Shown here: piece by piece, positions 43,034-52,833 of the stretch
How positions within the stretch are numbered: position 1 is the first letter of the stretch
How the letters are laid out: the number at the start of each line of letters is the position of its first letter
Source: an uncultured Gemmatimonadales bacterium
GTDB taxonomy: Bacteria; Gemmatimonadota; Gemmatimonadetes; Gemmatimonadales; GWC2-71-9
DNA length: 64,000 bases
NCBI GenBank assembly: GCA_963730185.1
Contig: CAVSQW010000013.1
Span: 151,245 to 215,244 of the forward strand
Direction: 5' to 3'
Translations under genes and position numbers: made by a program
The notes under the pieces: model-generated
Seen by the model: only the letters and a program-made list of their open reading frames with translations
Told to the model about the DNA's origin: nothing
Databases searched by the model: none

Positions 43034-44241
43034 CGACCTCTCCCCGAGGGCTCGCTCGTGGGCGCCTGATCCGGACCGCTCTGGTCCTGGCCCCGGCGCT
43101 GGTGCTTTTGCCGCAGCAGGTGCCGGAGCTGGACGAGACCCTGGTCGCGCTCACCTATCACAAGGTCACCGGCGACTCGCTCGACTATCAGCGGGCCGCC
43201 GGGTTCGCCGAGTCGGTCCGGCGGGCCAGCCGGTTCGACCAGCCCGACGCCGTCAAGGCCGAAGTCACCCGCCTGCAGGCCGCGGTGGCCGCGGCCGACC
43301 CGGCCCGCGAGTTCACGGTCCAGGTGCGCGACAACGTTTCTCAGTACGACCACGACCGGGGCGAGTTCTCGATCACGTTGTACGAGCCGGGCCACTACCT
43401 GCCGCTCCAGGTCTTCGGCGAGGAGTACCGGTTGGTCTTCGCGAACGCAGAGGCCGCCCACGCCATCCCGATGCCGAAGGAGCAGGCCCGGGACTTCGAC
43501 GCCCGACTCAACCAGATGGGCCGGAGCGTCACCAACGAGATCCGGTTCCGGGTGGTGGGCGCCGGCGACCCGGCCGGCGGCGTCTCGGGCCGGGTGGTCC
43601 GGGCCGAGATCGTGAGCGCGCGGCTCCTGGACCGGGATGGGCAGGTGCTCTTCAGTCCGACCTTCCAGCCGGCCCGGACGGTGACGGCCGAGGCCGCCCC
43701 GGCCTTCGATCCGGCGGCCACCGACGTGGCGGGGCTCCGGGTGGGGGTCAAGGGCAAGGACCTGGAGGCGACGTTAGGCAGGCTCTTCGGCAAGGTCAGC
43801 CGGGGTGGCGCCAGCAGCGCCTCGGCCCGGGGCCTGGTCGCCTCGCTCGAGGTGAACGGCATGGGCTGCATGAAGATCGGCGGCCGCCGGACCAAGGTCG
43901 GCCCCGGCTCGGTCTGTGTCGTCGCCTACCTCGACCAGGACGACGTGGTTCGGATGGTCCGGGTCGAGCGGCTCTTCCCGGCGTTCGACGGCAACGTCTA
44001 CCGGAGCGCTTTGGTGAGAAAGTACGGCCCGGTGGCCCGGACCAATGGCGGCGGCTACGGCTGGTCGCTGGGATGGGGCCCCGCGATTGCGGGCGCGTAC
44101 TTCAACGGGATCAACGCCCTCACGGCGAGCATCGCGCCGGAAGAGGACGCGATGGATCTGGGCGGCAACCGGATTGCCGACCTGAAGCTCACGCTGCAGC
44201 TGGTGGACGCCGGCTGGGTCGCGACTCACACCTCGAAGTGA
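43030..44241 (+). CDS. Hypothetical exported protein (possibly DUF4852-like N-terminal domain)
   Basis: ATGA overlap, signal-like N-terminus, strong codon bias; family call tentative. Confidence 0.7.
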   Translation: MTTSPRGLARGRLIRTALVLAPALVLLPQQVPELDETLVALTYHKVTGDSLDYQRAAGFAESVRRASRFDQPDAVKAEVTRLQAAVAAADPAREFTVQVRDNVSQYDHDRGEFSITLYEPGHYLPLQVFGEEYRLVFANAEAAHAIPMPKEQARDFDARLNQMGRSVTNEIRFRVVGAGDPAGGVSGRVVRAEIVSARLLDRDGQVLFSPTFQPARTVTAEAAPAFDPAATDVAGLRVGVKGKDLEATLGRLFGKVSRGGASSASARGLVASLEVNGMGCMKIGGRRTKVGPGSVCVVAYLDQDDVVRMVRVERLFPAFDGNVYRSALVRKYGPVARTNGGGYGWSLGWGPAIAGAYFNGINALTASIAPEEDAMDLGGNRIADLKLTLQLVDAGWVATHTSK

Positions 44242-44252
44242 AGGAGCCCCCT

Positions 44253-45398
44253 ATGATCACTCCGACCCGCCCCCGATTGCGGGCCCCGCTGGCGCTCGCC
44301 TGGTTGAGCGCGACGGCCGCTACCGCGGCGGCCCAGGCATCGCCGGGCTGCGCCCCGAATGTCCCCTGCCAGAAGGTCGCCAGCTTCGTCGCCTCGGTGA
44401 CCGACGTGCGGCCGAGCGTGGCCGGCAACAACCGGCTGGTGGCGATTACGCTCAACGTCCAGAACGCGACCGACCACGTGCTCCGGCTCGGCTACGTCGG
44501 CGGATCGGGCGTGGCGACGGACGAGCGGGGCAACCGGTACGGGCTGCTCAGCGTCCGCGGGATCGGCCAGATCGCCAACGGCAGCTTCGATCCCAAGTTC
44601 GTGCTCTCGCCCGGCGAGGCGAGCATCGTGCGGTTCGAGTTCGCGTGGCAGCCGACTCGGGGCGCGATCTACGGCTCGACCTACGACGTGGAGCTTTCGC
44701 TCCGGGAGATCGATCCGGTCACCGAGAATCAGTTCGAGCTCGGCCGGGAACACGTGCTGCTGTACAAATCGCTGGCTCCCGGCGCCGTGGTGGCCGATGC
44801 GGGCGCCTCGCCAGCCCCGCCGCCGGCCCCGGCCTCGCCGAGCGCCGACCCGCCGGCGGCCGCGCCCGAAGTGGATCCCTGCGAAGGGAAGGAACGCTGC
44901 TACAACGGCGGGCCGTTCGTGGCGGAGATCACCCAGCTCACGCCGAGCGCCGTGGGCGGGCGGCACCACATGCTCACCCTTCAGGTCAAGATCAAGAACC
45001 TGGGAACCGAGCCCTTGATTCTGGCCTACCGGCCCGGCTCCAGCGTGGCGGTCGACGAGCTGGGGAACCGCTACGTCTACGGGCGGCCGGGAACGCACGA
45101 CGTGAGCTTCAAGGGGATCGGCGCGGCGACGGCGAGCTCGGTCGATGCCCGCTTCGGCCTCCGGCCGGGCCAGTCGGGGAACGCCACCTTCAACGTCATC
45201 CGGTTCAACTCCGGCCGGCAGCAGATCGGGACGAGCTGGACGTTCGATGCCACCTTGGTGGAGCTGATCCCGGTCAACGCGACCCAGGCCAAGCAAGGGC
45301 GGGAGTTCGCGATGACGTTCACGGACTTGACGCCGGCCGGGGCGAAGGGCGTGAAGGGGCTCCTGAACGCGCTCACCAAGAAGAAGACGAAGCCCTGA
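44253..45398 (+). CDS. Exported protein with two internally repeated beta-rich domains
   Basis: AAGGAG SD, signal peptide, DE(R/L)GNRY..GIG..F.L.PG repeated twice, Pro-rich linker. Confidence 0.78.
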   Translation: MITPTRPRLRAPLALAWLSATAATAAAQASPGCAPNVPCQKVASFVASVTDVRPSVAGNNRLVAITLNVQNATDHVLRLGYVGGSGVATDERGNRYGLLSVRGIGQIANGSFDPKFVLSPGEASIVRFEFAWQPTRGAIYGSTYDVELSLREIDPVTENQFELGREHVLLYKSLAPGAVVADAGASPAPPPAPASPSADPPAAAPEVDPCEGKERCYNGGPFVAEITQLTPSAVGGRHHMLTLQVKIKNLGTEPLILAYRPGSSVAVDELGNRYVYGRPGTHDVSFKGIGAATASSVDARFGLRPGQSGNATFNVIRFNSGRQQIGTSWTFDATLVELIPVNATQAKQGREFAMTFTDLTPAGAKGVKGLLNALTKKKTKP

Positions 45399-45401
45399 CC
45401 C

Positions 45402-47378
45402 TCAGGCGGGGCGGACCCGCACCGGCAAGGTGACCATGACACGTCCCGCCCACTGGAGCCGCTCCTGGACCGCGGTCGCGGTCCGGTTGTGGAGCAGCCG
45501 GTCGTACCATCGTTCCCGCCGGAAGATGAGCTTCCCGGCAAAGAACGTGACCTGCGGGAAGTCGCGGGCCGCCTCCAGACAGAGCTGCTCGGCCTCGGCC
45601 ACCACGTCGGTGCCGATCCGCATCCGGCCCGCGGCCGCCAGTCCAAGCCCCGCCGCGAGCGAGAGATATCGGGCGAGGGTCCGCTCCGTCCGCTGGCGAA
45701 GCTCCGCGACCGCGTCTTCGCCTTTGAAGTCGCCGGAATCCACGACCCCGACCGCCAGAAACACGACGTTCCGGTAGTGCCCGGGGAAGGCGCGGAGCAC
45801 GTTGAGCAGGGTGTGGATCCCGACACCTCCGTAGGACCCGACCAGGAGCGCGGCCGTCTGGCCGGTCGGATCGAGCCGGGCCGCAGGCGCGGGCTGGCCC
45901 TGGTGGACAAGGGGCAGGTCACCCAGCTCGCGGTAGAGCGCGTCCACGGTCGCCGTGACCCGACGGTAGTGGCGCTTGACGACGAAGCAGAGCCCGATCA
46001 CTAGCGCGGTGATGGTCATGGTGATCCACCCGCCTTCGGCGAACTTCTCGGTGACCGTCACCGCCAGGATGGTCGCGCAGAGGGCGAGCCCGGCGGCGAA
46101 CAGCGCGATCCGGCGACGGCGCTCGGGGCGATCCCGGGTCTCCCGGCCGAGCCAGAGCTTGAGCATGGCGGCCATGGAGAGCGAGAAGGTGAGGAAGACG
46201 TTGATCGCGTACATCACGACCAGGTGGCTCACGTCGCCGGCGGTATAGACTAGGGCGGCGAGCGCGGCGCCGCCCATGAGCAGGATCCCGTTCTGGGTGG
46301 TGAGCCGCTCCGAGAGCGCCGCGAACCGGTGCGGCACCCACGAGTCCACCGCCATGTTGGCCAGCACTCGGGGCCCGTCGAGGAAGCCCGCCTGGGCCGC
46401 CACCACCAGCAGCATCGCTTCCGAGAACAGGGTGAGCAGCACGAAGGCGCCTCCCAAGGGCAGCCCGCCGGCCAGGCGCTCCACCAGGAGGGCGTTCATG
46501 GTCTTGCCAGGCGCGGGGTGGATGTCCCAGAGCAGGTAGCAGACCAGGAGGCCGGTGGCCGTAAAGGCGAGCGAGGCGGCCATGTAGGCCATGGTCCGCT
46601 TGCCGGTCGCCACTTTCGGCTCGCGCATCATCGGGAGCCCGTTGGAAACCGCCTCGATGCCGGTGTAGGTCCCGCCGCCCAGCGAGTAGGCCCGGGCCAG
46701 GAGCACCAGCAGGCCGCCGAGGCCCAGCGTGCTCCAGCCCTCGCGATAGCCGGCGCTCAACGCTCGAGCGGTCTGCGGCAGCCGGGGAAGGTGGCCGACC
46801 AGCCCGCCACCGATCAGGACCACGTGGGTGACGACGAAGAGCAAGAAGACCGGGAGGAGCACCAGTACGGACTCCCGGACGCCACGCACGTTGAGGACGA
46901 TGAGCCCTACGATGAAGGCAAATTCCACAGCGAGCTTGCTGGCCACCCAGGCGGGAGGGAGCACGCTGAACAGCGCGTCGCCCGCGGCCGCGATCGAGAT
47001 CGCGATGGTGAGGACGTAGTCGACCAGGAGAGCCGAGCCCGAGACCACGCCCACGGCCGGCCCGAGCAATTTGCTCGCGACCACGTAGCCGCCACCCCCG
47101 GTCGGGAACTGTTCGATGATCCGGCTGTAGCCGGCCGAGATGAGGAGCACGGTCCCGGCCATCAGCACGGCGAGGGCCAGGGCGAGATAGGTGTGGGCCT
47201 CGAGGGTCCTGAAGGCCTCCTCCGGTCCGTAGGCCGACGACGAGAGCCCGTCGGCGCCGAGACCGACCCAGGCCAGGAAGGGAATGAGGGCCAGCCGGTG
47301 GAAAAGCCGGCGGTCCTGGAGGTCGCGCGGCCGGCCGATCACGAGCCGGCGGACCCGATCGCTGAGCGAGGTCGCCAT
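45402..47378 (-). CDS. APC family permease, KimA/YdaO-like (probable K+ uptake)
   Basis: ADGLSSSAYGPEE, GGGGYVVA, ALLVDYVLT, TGIEAVSNG; C-terminal soluble domain with LLHN. Confidence 0.85.
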   Translation of the reverse strand: MATSLSDRVRRLVIGRPRDLQDRRLFHRLALIPFLAWVGLGADGLSSSAYGPEEAFRTLEAHTYLALALAVLMAGTVLLISAGYSRIIEQFPTGGGGYVVASKLLGPAVGVVSGSALLVDYVLTIAISIAAAGDALFSVLPPAWVASKLAVEFAFIVGLIVLNVRGVRESVLVLLPVFLLFVVTHVVLIGGGLVGHLPRLPQTARALSAGYREGWSTLGLGGLLVLLARAYSLGGGTYTGIEAVSNGLPMMREPKVATGKRTMAYMAASLAFTATGLLVCYLLWDIHPAPGKTMNALLVERLAGGLPLGGAFVLLTLFSEAMLLVVAAQAGFLDGPRVLANMAVDSWVPHRFAALSERLTTQNGILLMGGAALAALVYTAGDVSHLVVMYAINVFLTFSLSMAAMLKLWLGRETRDRPERRRRIALFAAGLALCATILAVTVTEKFAEGGWITMTITALVIGLCFVVKRHYRRVTATVDALYRELGDLPLVHQGQPAPAARLDPTGQTAALLVGSYGGVGIHTLLNVLRAFPGHYRNVVFLAVGVVDSGDFKGEDAVAELRQRTERTLARYLSLAAGLGLAAAGRMRIGTDVVAEAEQLCLEAARDFPQVTFFAGKLIFRRERWYDRLLHNRTATAVQERLQWAGRVMVTLPVRVRPA

Positions 47379-47429
47379 GGCCCTCAAGGAAAGGGTCCCG
47401 GCACTCTGGCGTAAGCCGTTCCGGCCAGG

Positions 47430-47446
47430 TCTTGATGGAATCTTGA
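47430..47446. promoter_or_regulatory. Direct repeat TCTTGA-N5-TCTTGA, candidate KdpE (OmpR-type) site
   Basis: 11-bp period direct repeat between the divergent APC and kdpD genes. Confidence 0.5.
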
Positions 47447-47485
47447 GGTGGCTCCCCGGTAGCTTTCCCTCCGGGAGGGGCTCTC

Positions 47486-49030
47486 ATGACGGAACGGGGC
47501 GAGTCGCCGATGGGGTATCTCTGGGCCGCGCTGATCGTGGGTGGCGCGACGGCCGGCGGTATGCTGCTCCGGGCCCGGCTCGAGACCATCGACTTCGCGA
47601 TGCTCTACCTCCTCGCGGTGGTCGTGGTCGCGGTGCGCCATCGGAGCGGTCCCGCCCTCCTGGCCGCGGCGCTCTCGGTGGCCGCGTTCGATTTTTGCTT
47701 CGTGCTGCCCTACTACACCTTCAACGTTCGCGACAGCCGCTACTACCTCACCTTCCTGGTGATGCTGGTGGTGGCGCTGGTCATGGGTCGGCTCACGGCC
47801 CGGATCCGCCGGCAGGCCGAAGAGGCCACTGCCCGGGAACGGCTCACCGCCGCGCGTTATGCCCTGAACCGGGACCTGGCCGGCGTGGCCGACCGAAGCG
47901 CCCTCACGGCGGTGGCCGCCCGGCACCTGGCGGCCTGCCTCGTCGATCCAGGAGCGGTGGCGGTGGCCGAGCCGACTTCGGTCGACGGTGGCGTGCCGGT
48001 CTGGCCCGCCGGGGACGGGTTCGAGAGCATGGACGCCCGCTGGGCGGCCGACGCGGCCTTCCGGGAAGGCCGCTCCGTGGGCTGGGGCGCGTCGCTTTAC
48101 CCGGAGGGCGACGTGCTGGCGGTGCCGCTCCGGGTCCCGACCCGGACGCTGGGCGTGGTGCTGGTCCGTCCCGAGCGACCCGACGTCCGTCCGAGGGACT
48201 CGGTGCGGCGGACGCTCGAGGCGCTGGCCGAACAGACTGCGCTCGCCTTGGAGCGGACTCTGATCGCGGAGCGACACGAGGCCGCCCGGATCGAGCTCGA
48301 GACCGAGCGGCTCCGGACGGCGCTTCTGAGCTCGCTCTCCCACGATCTCCGGAGCCCGCTCTCGAGCATCGAAGGCGCGGCCAGCAGCCTGGTGCAGGAC
48401 GGCGAGTCGTTGCCCGCACCGGTGCGCCTCGATCTGGCGGAGACGATCGTCGAGGAGTCGCGCCGGCTCAACCGGATGGTCGGCAACCTCCTCGACATGG
48501 TGCGCGTCGAGGCCGGATTGCTGGCCGTCCACAAAGAATGGCAGCCGCTGGAGGAGGCCCTGGGCGTGGCGCTGATCCGGATGGAGGCCCGGCTGGCCGG
48601 GCGCCCGGTCACCGCCGCCCTCGATCCCGCGTTGCCATTGGTTCCGATCGATGGGCTCCTGATCGAGCAGGTGCTCATCAACTTGTTGGAAAACGCGGTG
48701 AAGTACACGCCCGCCGGCTCGGCCATCGTAGTCGAGGCGCGAGCCCGGGCCGGGGCGGTCGAGGTGGCGGTGCGGGATCGGGGGGCTGGGATTCCAGCCG
48801 ACCAGGTCGAGGCCGTCTTCAAGCGGTTCTACCGGGCACGATCGGTGGACGGACCGGCCGGTGGTGCCGGGTTGGGCCTCACCATCTGTCGCGGAATCGT
48901 GACCGCGCACGGTGGCCGGATCTGGATCGAGGTCGGCGAGAGCGGCGGCACAACGGTCCGATTCACGCTGCCCCTCGAGGGTGAGCCGCCCCGGGCCGTC
49001 GTCGAAGCCTCAGCGGACGGGCAGGCATGA
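47486..49030 (+). CDS. kdpD: KdpD-like sensor histidine kinase (TM domain-GAF-HK only)
   Basis: AFDFCFVLPYYTF, LLSSLSHDLRSPL, NLLENAVKY, GAGLGL; lacks the N-terminal KdpD/Usp region. Confidence 0.85.
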   Translation: MTERGESPMGYLWAALIVGGATAGGMLLRARLETIDFAMLYLLAVVVVAVRHRSGPALLAAALSVAAFDFCFVLPYYTFNVRDSRYYLTFLVMLVVALVMGRLTARIRRQAEEATARERLTAARYALNRDLAGVADRSALTAVAARHLAACLVDPGAVAVAEPTSVDGGVPVWPAGDGFESMDARWAADAAFREGRSVGWGASLYPEGDVLAVPLRVPTRTLGVVLVRPERPDVRPRDSVRRTLEALAEQTALALERTLIAERHEAARIELETERLRTALLSSLSHDLRSPLSSIEGAASSLVQDGESLPAPVRLDLAETIVEESRRLNRMVGNLLDMVRVEAGLLAVHKEWQPLEEALGVALIRMEARLAGRPVTAALDPALPLVPIDGLLIEQVLINLLENAVKYTPAGSAIVVEARARAGAVEVAVRDRGAGIPADQVEAVFKRFYRARSVDGPAGGAGLGLTICRGIVTAHGGRIWIEVGESGGTTVRFTLPLEGEPPRAVVEASADGQA

Positions 49031-49734
49031 GCGCCCCCAATCCGGTGGTGTTGATCGTCGAGGACGAGCCTCAGATGCGGCGTTTCCTGCGTCTGGCCCT
49101 CGAGAACCACGCCTACCAGGTGGTCGAGGCAGGGACGGCCCGGCAGGGCTTGGCGCAGGCGGCCGGCCGAAATCCCGATCTGATCCTGCTCGACCTCGGG
49201 CTCCCCGACGGCGACGGGTTGGAGGTAGCCCGGGAGCTTCGGCGGAGCACTCGGGTGCCGATTGTGGTGATTTCCGCCCGCGGGCGGGAGCAGGACAAGA
49301 TCGCCGCGCTCGATCTCGGTGCCGATGACTACCTGACCAAGCCCTTCGGCGTGGGCGAGCTTCTGGCGCGGCTCCGAGTGGCGCTACGCCACGCGGCCCT
49401 CCCGCCGGGCGGCCCCGACGACCCCGTCTTCGAGGCGGGTGACGTCCGGGTGGACCTCATCCGGCGGCGGGTCGCGCGCGCGGGCCAGGAAGTGCACCTG
49501 ACGCCCACGGAGTACAAGGTCCTGAGTACCCTGATTCGGAACGCTGGCAAGGTCGTGACCCATCGCCAGCTTCTGCAGGAGGTTTGGGGGGCGAACCACG
49601 TGGGGCAGACGCACTATCTCCGGGTCTACCTGGCCCAGCTCCGCCGGAAGCTCGAGGTCGATCCCGCCCGGCCTCGGTTGCTCTCGACCGAGCCGGGAGT
49701 CGGATATCGGTTGCTGGACGGGGAATCCGCCTAA
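49027..49734 (+). CDS. kdpE: KdpE-type response regulator
   Basis: LDLGLPDGDG, GKVVTHRQLL, HYLRVY..QLRRKLE.DPARP..TEPGVGY. Confidence 0.92.
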   Translation: MSAPNPVVLIVEDEPQMRRFLRLALENHAYQVVEAGTARQGLAQAAGRNPDLILLDLGLPDGDGLEVARELRRSTRVPIVVISARGREQDKIAALDLGADDYLTKPFGVGELLARLRVALRHAALPPGGPDDPVFEAGDVRVDLIRRRVARAGQEVHLTPTEYKVLSTLIRNAGKVVTHRQLLQEVWGANHVGQTHYLRVYLAQLRRKLEVDPARPRLLSTEPGVGYRLLDGESA

Positions 49735-50080
49735 CGCTCTGCCGCGACCCTCCGGGTGGCCACCACCATCGAGGCGTTGTCTGGCGCGGGGACCGCGGCG
49801 CTCGCGTGTCTCGAGCCGATCGGAGGTCGAGGCCCCGGACGGCGGCGCGGCGGAGCAGGATCCGGAAGCACCCTTCCGCCAGATCGGCCGCCAGGAATGC
49901 CTCGGCGGCCGTTTCGCTGGCCAGCCCCGCCTCGATCGCGACTCCCAGCTCGATCAGCGTCCGAGCGACGAGGTCGGCGCCGGCCTCGTGAAAATTGACC
50001 GAGGCATAGTCGGGCCGCGAAGTCCACCGACCGATCGTCCGAACCCGGCGGGCCAGGCGGGCGCCCGGGGCCAAGGTGAC
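49731..50080 (-). pseudogene. Remnant of a beta-keto acid cleavage enzyme (BKACE/DUF849) family gene
   Basis: WTSRPDYASVNFHEAGA...GVAIEAGL, then RGLDLRS.RDT and, in another frame, APDNASMV; truncated and frameshifted. Confidence 0.55.
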
Positions 50081-50220
50081 GGATGGGGCGGTCCGCTGAG
50101 GGCGGCCTGAAGCATGGAATCCGCTCGAAAGGGCGACCGATCGAATATCGAGGGCCGCCGCAGTGGCCTTCCCGGCCGTGCGGGCCTATCGTCAATGCGA
50201 TGCCACGGAGGCTCAAACCG

Positions 50221-50727
50221 ATGCCCTTCGACTCGCACCTCATTCTTGAAGCGGCGCTCGCGGGAATCGGGGCCACCCTCCTCATCGACCTGTGGGCCCT
50301 CCTGCTCAAACGGGCCTTTGCGATCCCATCGCTCAACCCGTGCCTGCTGGGCCGCTGGGTCCTCCACATGCCCGAGGGCACCTTCAGACACGCGAGCATC
50401 GCGGCCGCGAAGCCGAAGGCTGGTGAGTGCGGGGCCGGGTGGTTCTGCCACTACCTCATCGGTACCGGCTTCGCCCTGATCTTTGCCCTCATCTCTCCCG
50501 ACGGCTGGTTCGCCAGCCCGACGCTCTGGCCGGCCGTGGCCTTCGGAGTTGCGACCACGGTCATCCCCCTCTTCATCATGCAGCCCGCCCTGGGCCTCGG
50601 CCTGGCCTCCTCCAGAGTCCCGAAGCGGGGCCAAGCCCGACTCAAGAGCCTCGCGACCCATGCGGTCTACGGGCTCGGCCTATACCTTTCGGCCGCGCTC
50701 CTGAGCCGAGTGCTCGATCGGAGCTGA
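50221..50727 (+). CDS. DUF2938 family membrane protein
   Basis: GIGATLLIDLW, GRW, GWFCHYLIG, MQPALGLG, HAVYGLGLY. Confidence 0.85.
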   Translation: MPFDSHLILEAALAGIGATLLIDLWALLLKRAFAIPSLNPCLLGRWVLHMPEGTFRHASIAAAKPKAGECGAGWFCHYLIGTGFALIFALISPDGWFASPTLWPAVAFGVATTVIPLFIMQPALGLGLASSRVPKRGQARLKSLATHAVYGLGLYLSAALLSRVLDRS

Positions 50728-50803
50728 ACCGGCTCACCAGGCGCCGACCCCCGGTGCCCGGATGCCATTCGCCTTCGCCGACCTGGTCTTCAAGACCTGG
50801 CGC

Positions 50804-50834
50804 TTGCGCTTATTTCGATAATCAGCTAAATACT
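50804..50834 (+). promoter_or_regulatory. Putative leaderless promoter with palindromic ArsR/SdpR operator
   Basis: TTGCGC then TATTT-CGATAATCAGCT-AAATA inverted ends, a few nt before ATG 50839; no SD. Confidence 0.5.
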
Positions 50835-50838
50835 GAAC

Positions 50839-51153
50839 ATGAACGACGTGTTCAAGGCGCTTGCCGACCCAACCCGCCGCCGGGTGCTTCAGCTGCTGCA
50901 CGGGCGGCCGATGACCGCCGGCGAGATCGCCGATCAGTTCGACGTCTCCAAGTCGACCATGTCGGCCCACTTCACCGTCCTCCGCTCGGCGGGGCTGATC
51001 GCGGCCGAGAAGCGGGGAACCACCATCACCTACAGTTTGCAGCTGTCGGTGCTCCAGGACGCGTTGCTCGGGTTCGCGGACGCGGTCGGCGTCGGCCAAC
51101 CGCGCCCCGTTTCCAAGGGGCGGTATTCTCCCCGGCCGAAGCATGCAACCTGA
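50839..51153 (+). CDS. ArsR family regulator, SdpR-like
   Basis: MNDVFKALADPTRR..MTAGEIA..SKSTMSAHF..EKRGTTITYSL. Confidence 0.9.
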   Translation: MNDVFKALADPTRRRVLQLLHGRPMTAGEIADQFDVSKSTMSAHFTVLRSAGLIAAEKRGTTITYSLQLSVLQDALLGFADAVGVGQPRPVSKGRYSPRPKHAT

Positions 51154-51751
51154 TCGTCGAGCCGGCCTGGCCGCGCTGGCCGCGGTCGCGGCGACCGCGA
51201 GCGTCGCGGCCTGGGGATGGTTTCTCTTTCCCGACCGCTGGGCCCGGTGGCTCGTGGCCGCGACGCTGCTGCCGGTAATGTGGGCGTTCGCGGAGGCGGC
51301 GCAGGAGCGGGGCAGGGACCCGTCGATCGGTCGGCCGATCATGCTTCTGATTCGGAGCTGCTTCGCCTGGGCGGGCCTGATGCTGACCGTGCGGCTCGGT
51401 CTCAGGCTGGCGATCCATGCGGGCTTGGTGAGCCAGGCCTGGCTCCCGGCGGGCCGCCGGGCGGTCGGGCTCCTTCTGGCCCTCGGAATGGTGCTGTTCG
51501 GCAACGCGCTCCCGACCCTCCGGTCGCCCTGGCCCTATCCGGATCAGCCTTTCGCCTGGCAGCAGGTCCATCGCTTCGTGGGCTGGACCTTCGTGATCGG
51601 GGGATTGGTCGTGGGCGGGTGCTGGACGTTCCTGCCGCCGGACGATGCGCACCGGGCCACAGTCCCGACGCTGCTCGTGGTGACGGTGCTCACCCTGGCA
51701 CGAAAGCTGACCTCCGTCGCCACGCGCGCGGGGCGATCGCTGGCCCGTTAG
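51143..51751 (+). CDS. SdpI-like membrane protein
   Basis: GNALP, LRSPW, WQQVHRFVG motif; follows the sdpR-like gene. Confidence 0.7.
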   Translation: MQPDRRAGLAALAAVAATASVAAWGWFLFPDRWARWLVAATLLPVMWAFAEAAQERGRDPSIGRPIMLLIRSCFAWAGLMLTVRLGLRLAIHAGLVSQAWLPAGRRAVGLLLALGMVLFGNALPTLRSPWPYPDQPFAWQQVHRFVGWTFVIGGLVVGGCWTFLPPDDAHRATVPTLLVVTVLTLARKLTSVATRAGRSLAR

Positions 51752-51789
51752 GCGCCGTCACCGTACCCTGATCCACCAAGGAGCCGGCC

Positions 51790-52062
51790 GTGCCGACCGT
51801 GACGTTCTACCACTCCGCCATCTGCCCTCGCTGCCGGTTGACGTCGCTGTTCCTGCGGTCGCTCCTGCCCGACTATCCGGGGGTCGCCGTCGAGCGGGTC
51901 GAGTATCTTCGCAACCTGAGCGCAGCCCGTGCGGCCGGGGTGCGGACGATCCCCACCCTGGTCGCCGGCGACCGCCAGCTGAGCGGGTTTCTGATCTCCC
52001 GCTCGCGCCTCCGCCGGTTCCTCGACGATTTGTCGTCGGCCGAAGCCGAGCCGGCCTCGTAA
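51790..52062 (+). CDS. Small thioredoxin/glutaredoxin-like protein
   Basis: CPRC and GVRTIPTL; AAGGAG SD. Confidence 0.75.
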   Translation: MPTVTFYHSAICPRCRLTSLFLRSLLPDYPGVAVERVEYLRNLSAARAAGVRTIPTLVAGDRQLSGFLISRSRLRRFLDDLSSAEAEPAS

Positions 52063-52236
52063 GGGGCGGCGCTCGGGGCCGCGAGGTCGTCCTCCCGCCG
52101 AAGGGTCCGAGCGACTGGTGACCATCGCGCTCCTCACGGTGGCGGGCGCGCCGCCCGCTTTGCCCGTTTTCACCGGGCGCCCTATCTTCGAGCGAGCACC
52201 GCGGATGCGCTCCCCTGATCGAGGTGACCGAGTCTG

Positions 52237-52764
52237 ATGAGCTGGTGGGAGCGACTCCTTCACGCGGCCTTTCCGCCCCGGACCGGGCTCGACGTCGACG
52301 AACCCAACCCGCTCGCGTTGGCGGTACCCCCCAACCCGGCCTCGGTGATTCGGGCCATGGCCCTCCTGGCTGGTCCCGAGTCCGAGCTTTACTGGGAGGG
52401 GAGGGCGGGCCAGGTTCTCGGGGCCTGGCTGCGGCGGCAGGCGGGCGACGGTGAGCGCCGGGTGGCCATCGGCATCACCCCGGTGCAGGACTTCTATCAC
52501 CTTCCCGCCAGCCACGACCTGCTCGCCGAGCTGGCCGAGCGGTTGGAGCGTGCCCCGTCCTTGCCGGAGCGAGTCCGGCTCCATCTGCACGACGAGGGCC
52601 GAATGGTGCTCGAATGGCGGCGGGCCTTCCGGACCGGCCCGATCCTGGTTTCCCGTCGAATGCCGGAAGACCGGTTGGCGGCTTTCGTCGGGGCCATCGG
52701 CGGTCCGGGGCCGGCGACGCCGAATCCAGCACCGACTACGCCTCGGTCGGGACGGAATGGATGA
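52237..52764 (+). CDS. Hypothetical protein
   Basis: ORF with GAGG SD-like sequence; no recognised motif. Confidence 0.55.
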   Translation: MSWWERLLHAAFPPRTGLDVDEPNPLALAVPPNPASVIRAMALLAGPESELYWEGRAGQVLGAWLRRQAGDGERRVAIGITPVQDFYHLPASHDLLAELAERLERAPSLPERVRLHLHDEGRMVLEWRRAFRTGPILVSRRMPEDRLAAFVGAIGGPGPATPNPAPTTPRSGRNG

Positions 52765-52833
52765 GGTGAGCCGGCCTCGCGCCTCGAGCGTCGAGGTATC
52801 GTTCCCCAATCCTTCTTTCGCCGGAGCTTCCTC

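Noticed and set aside
49729..51753. GCCTAAC (49729) and GTTAGGC (51747) as attC boxes of an upstream cassette cluster
   Set aside because: They coincide with ordinary stop codons and lack paired L boxes or hairpins
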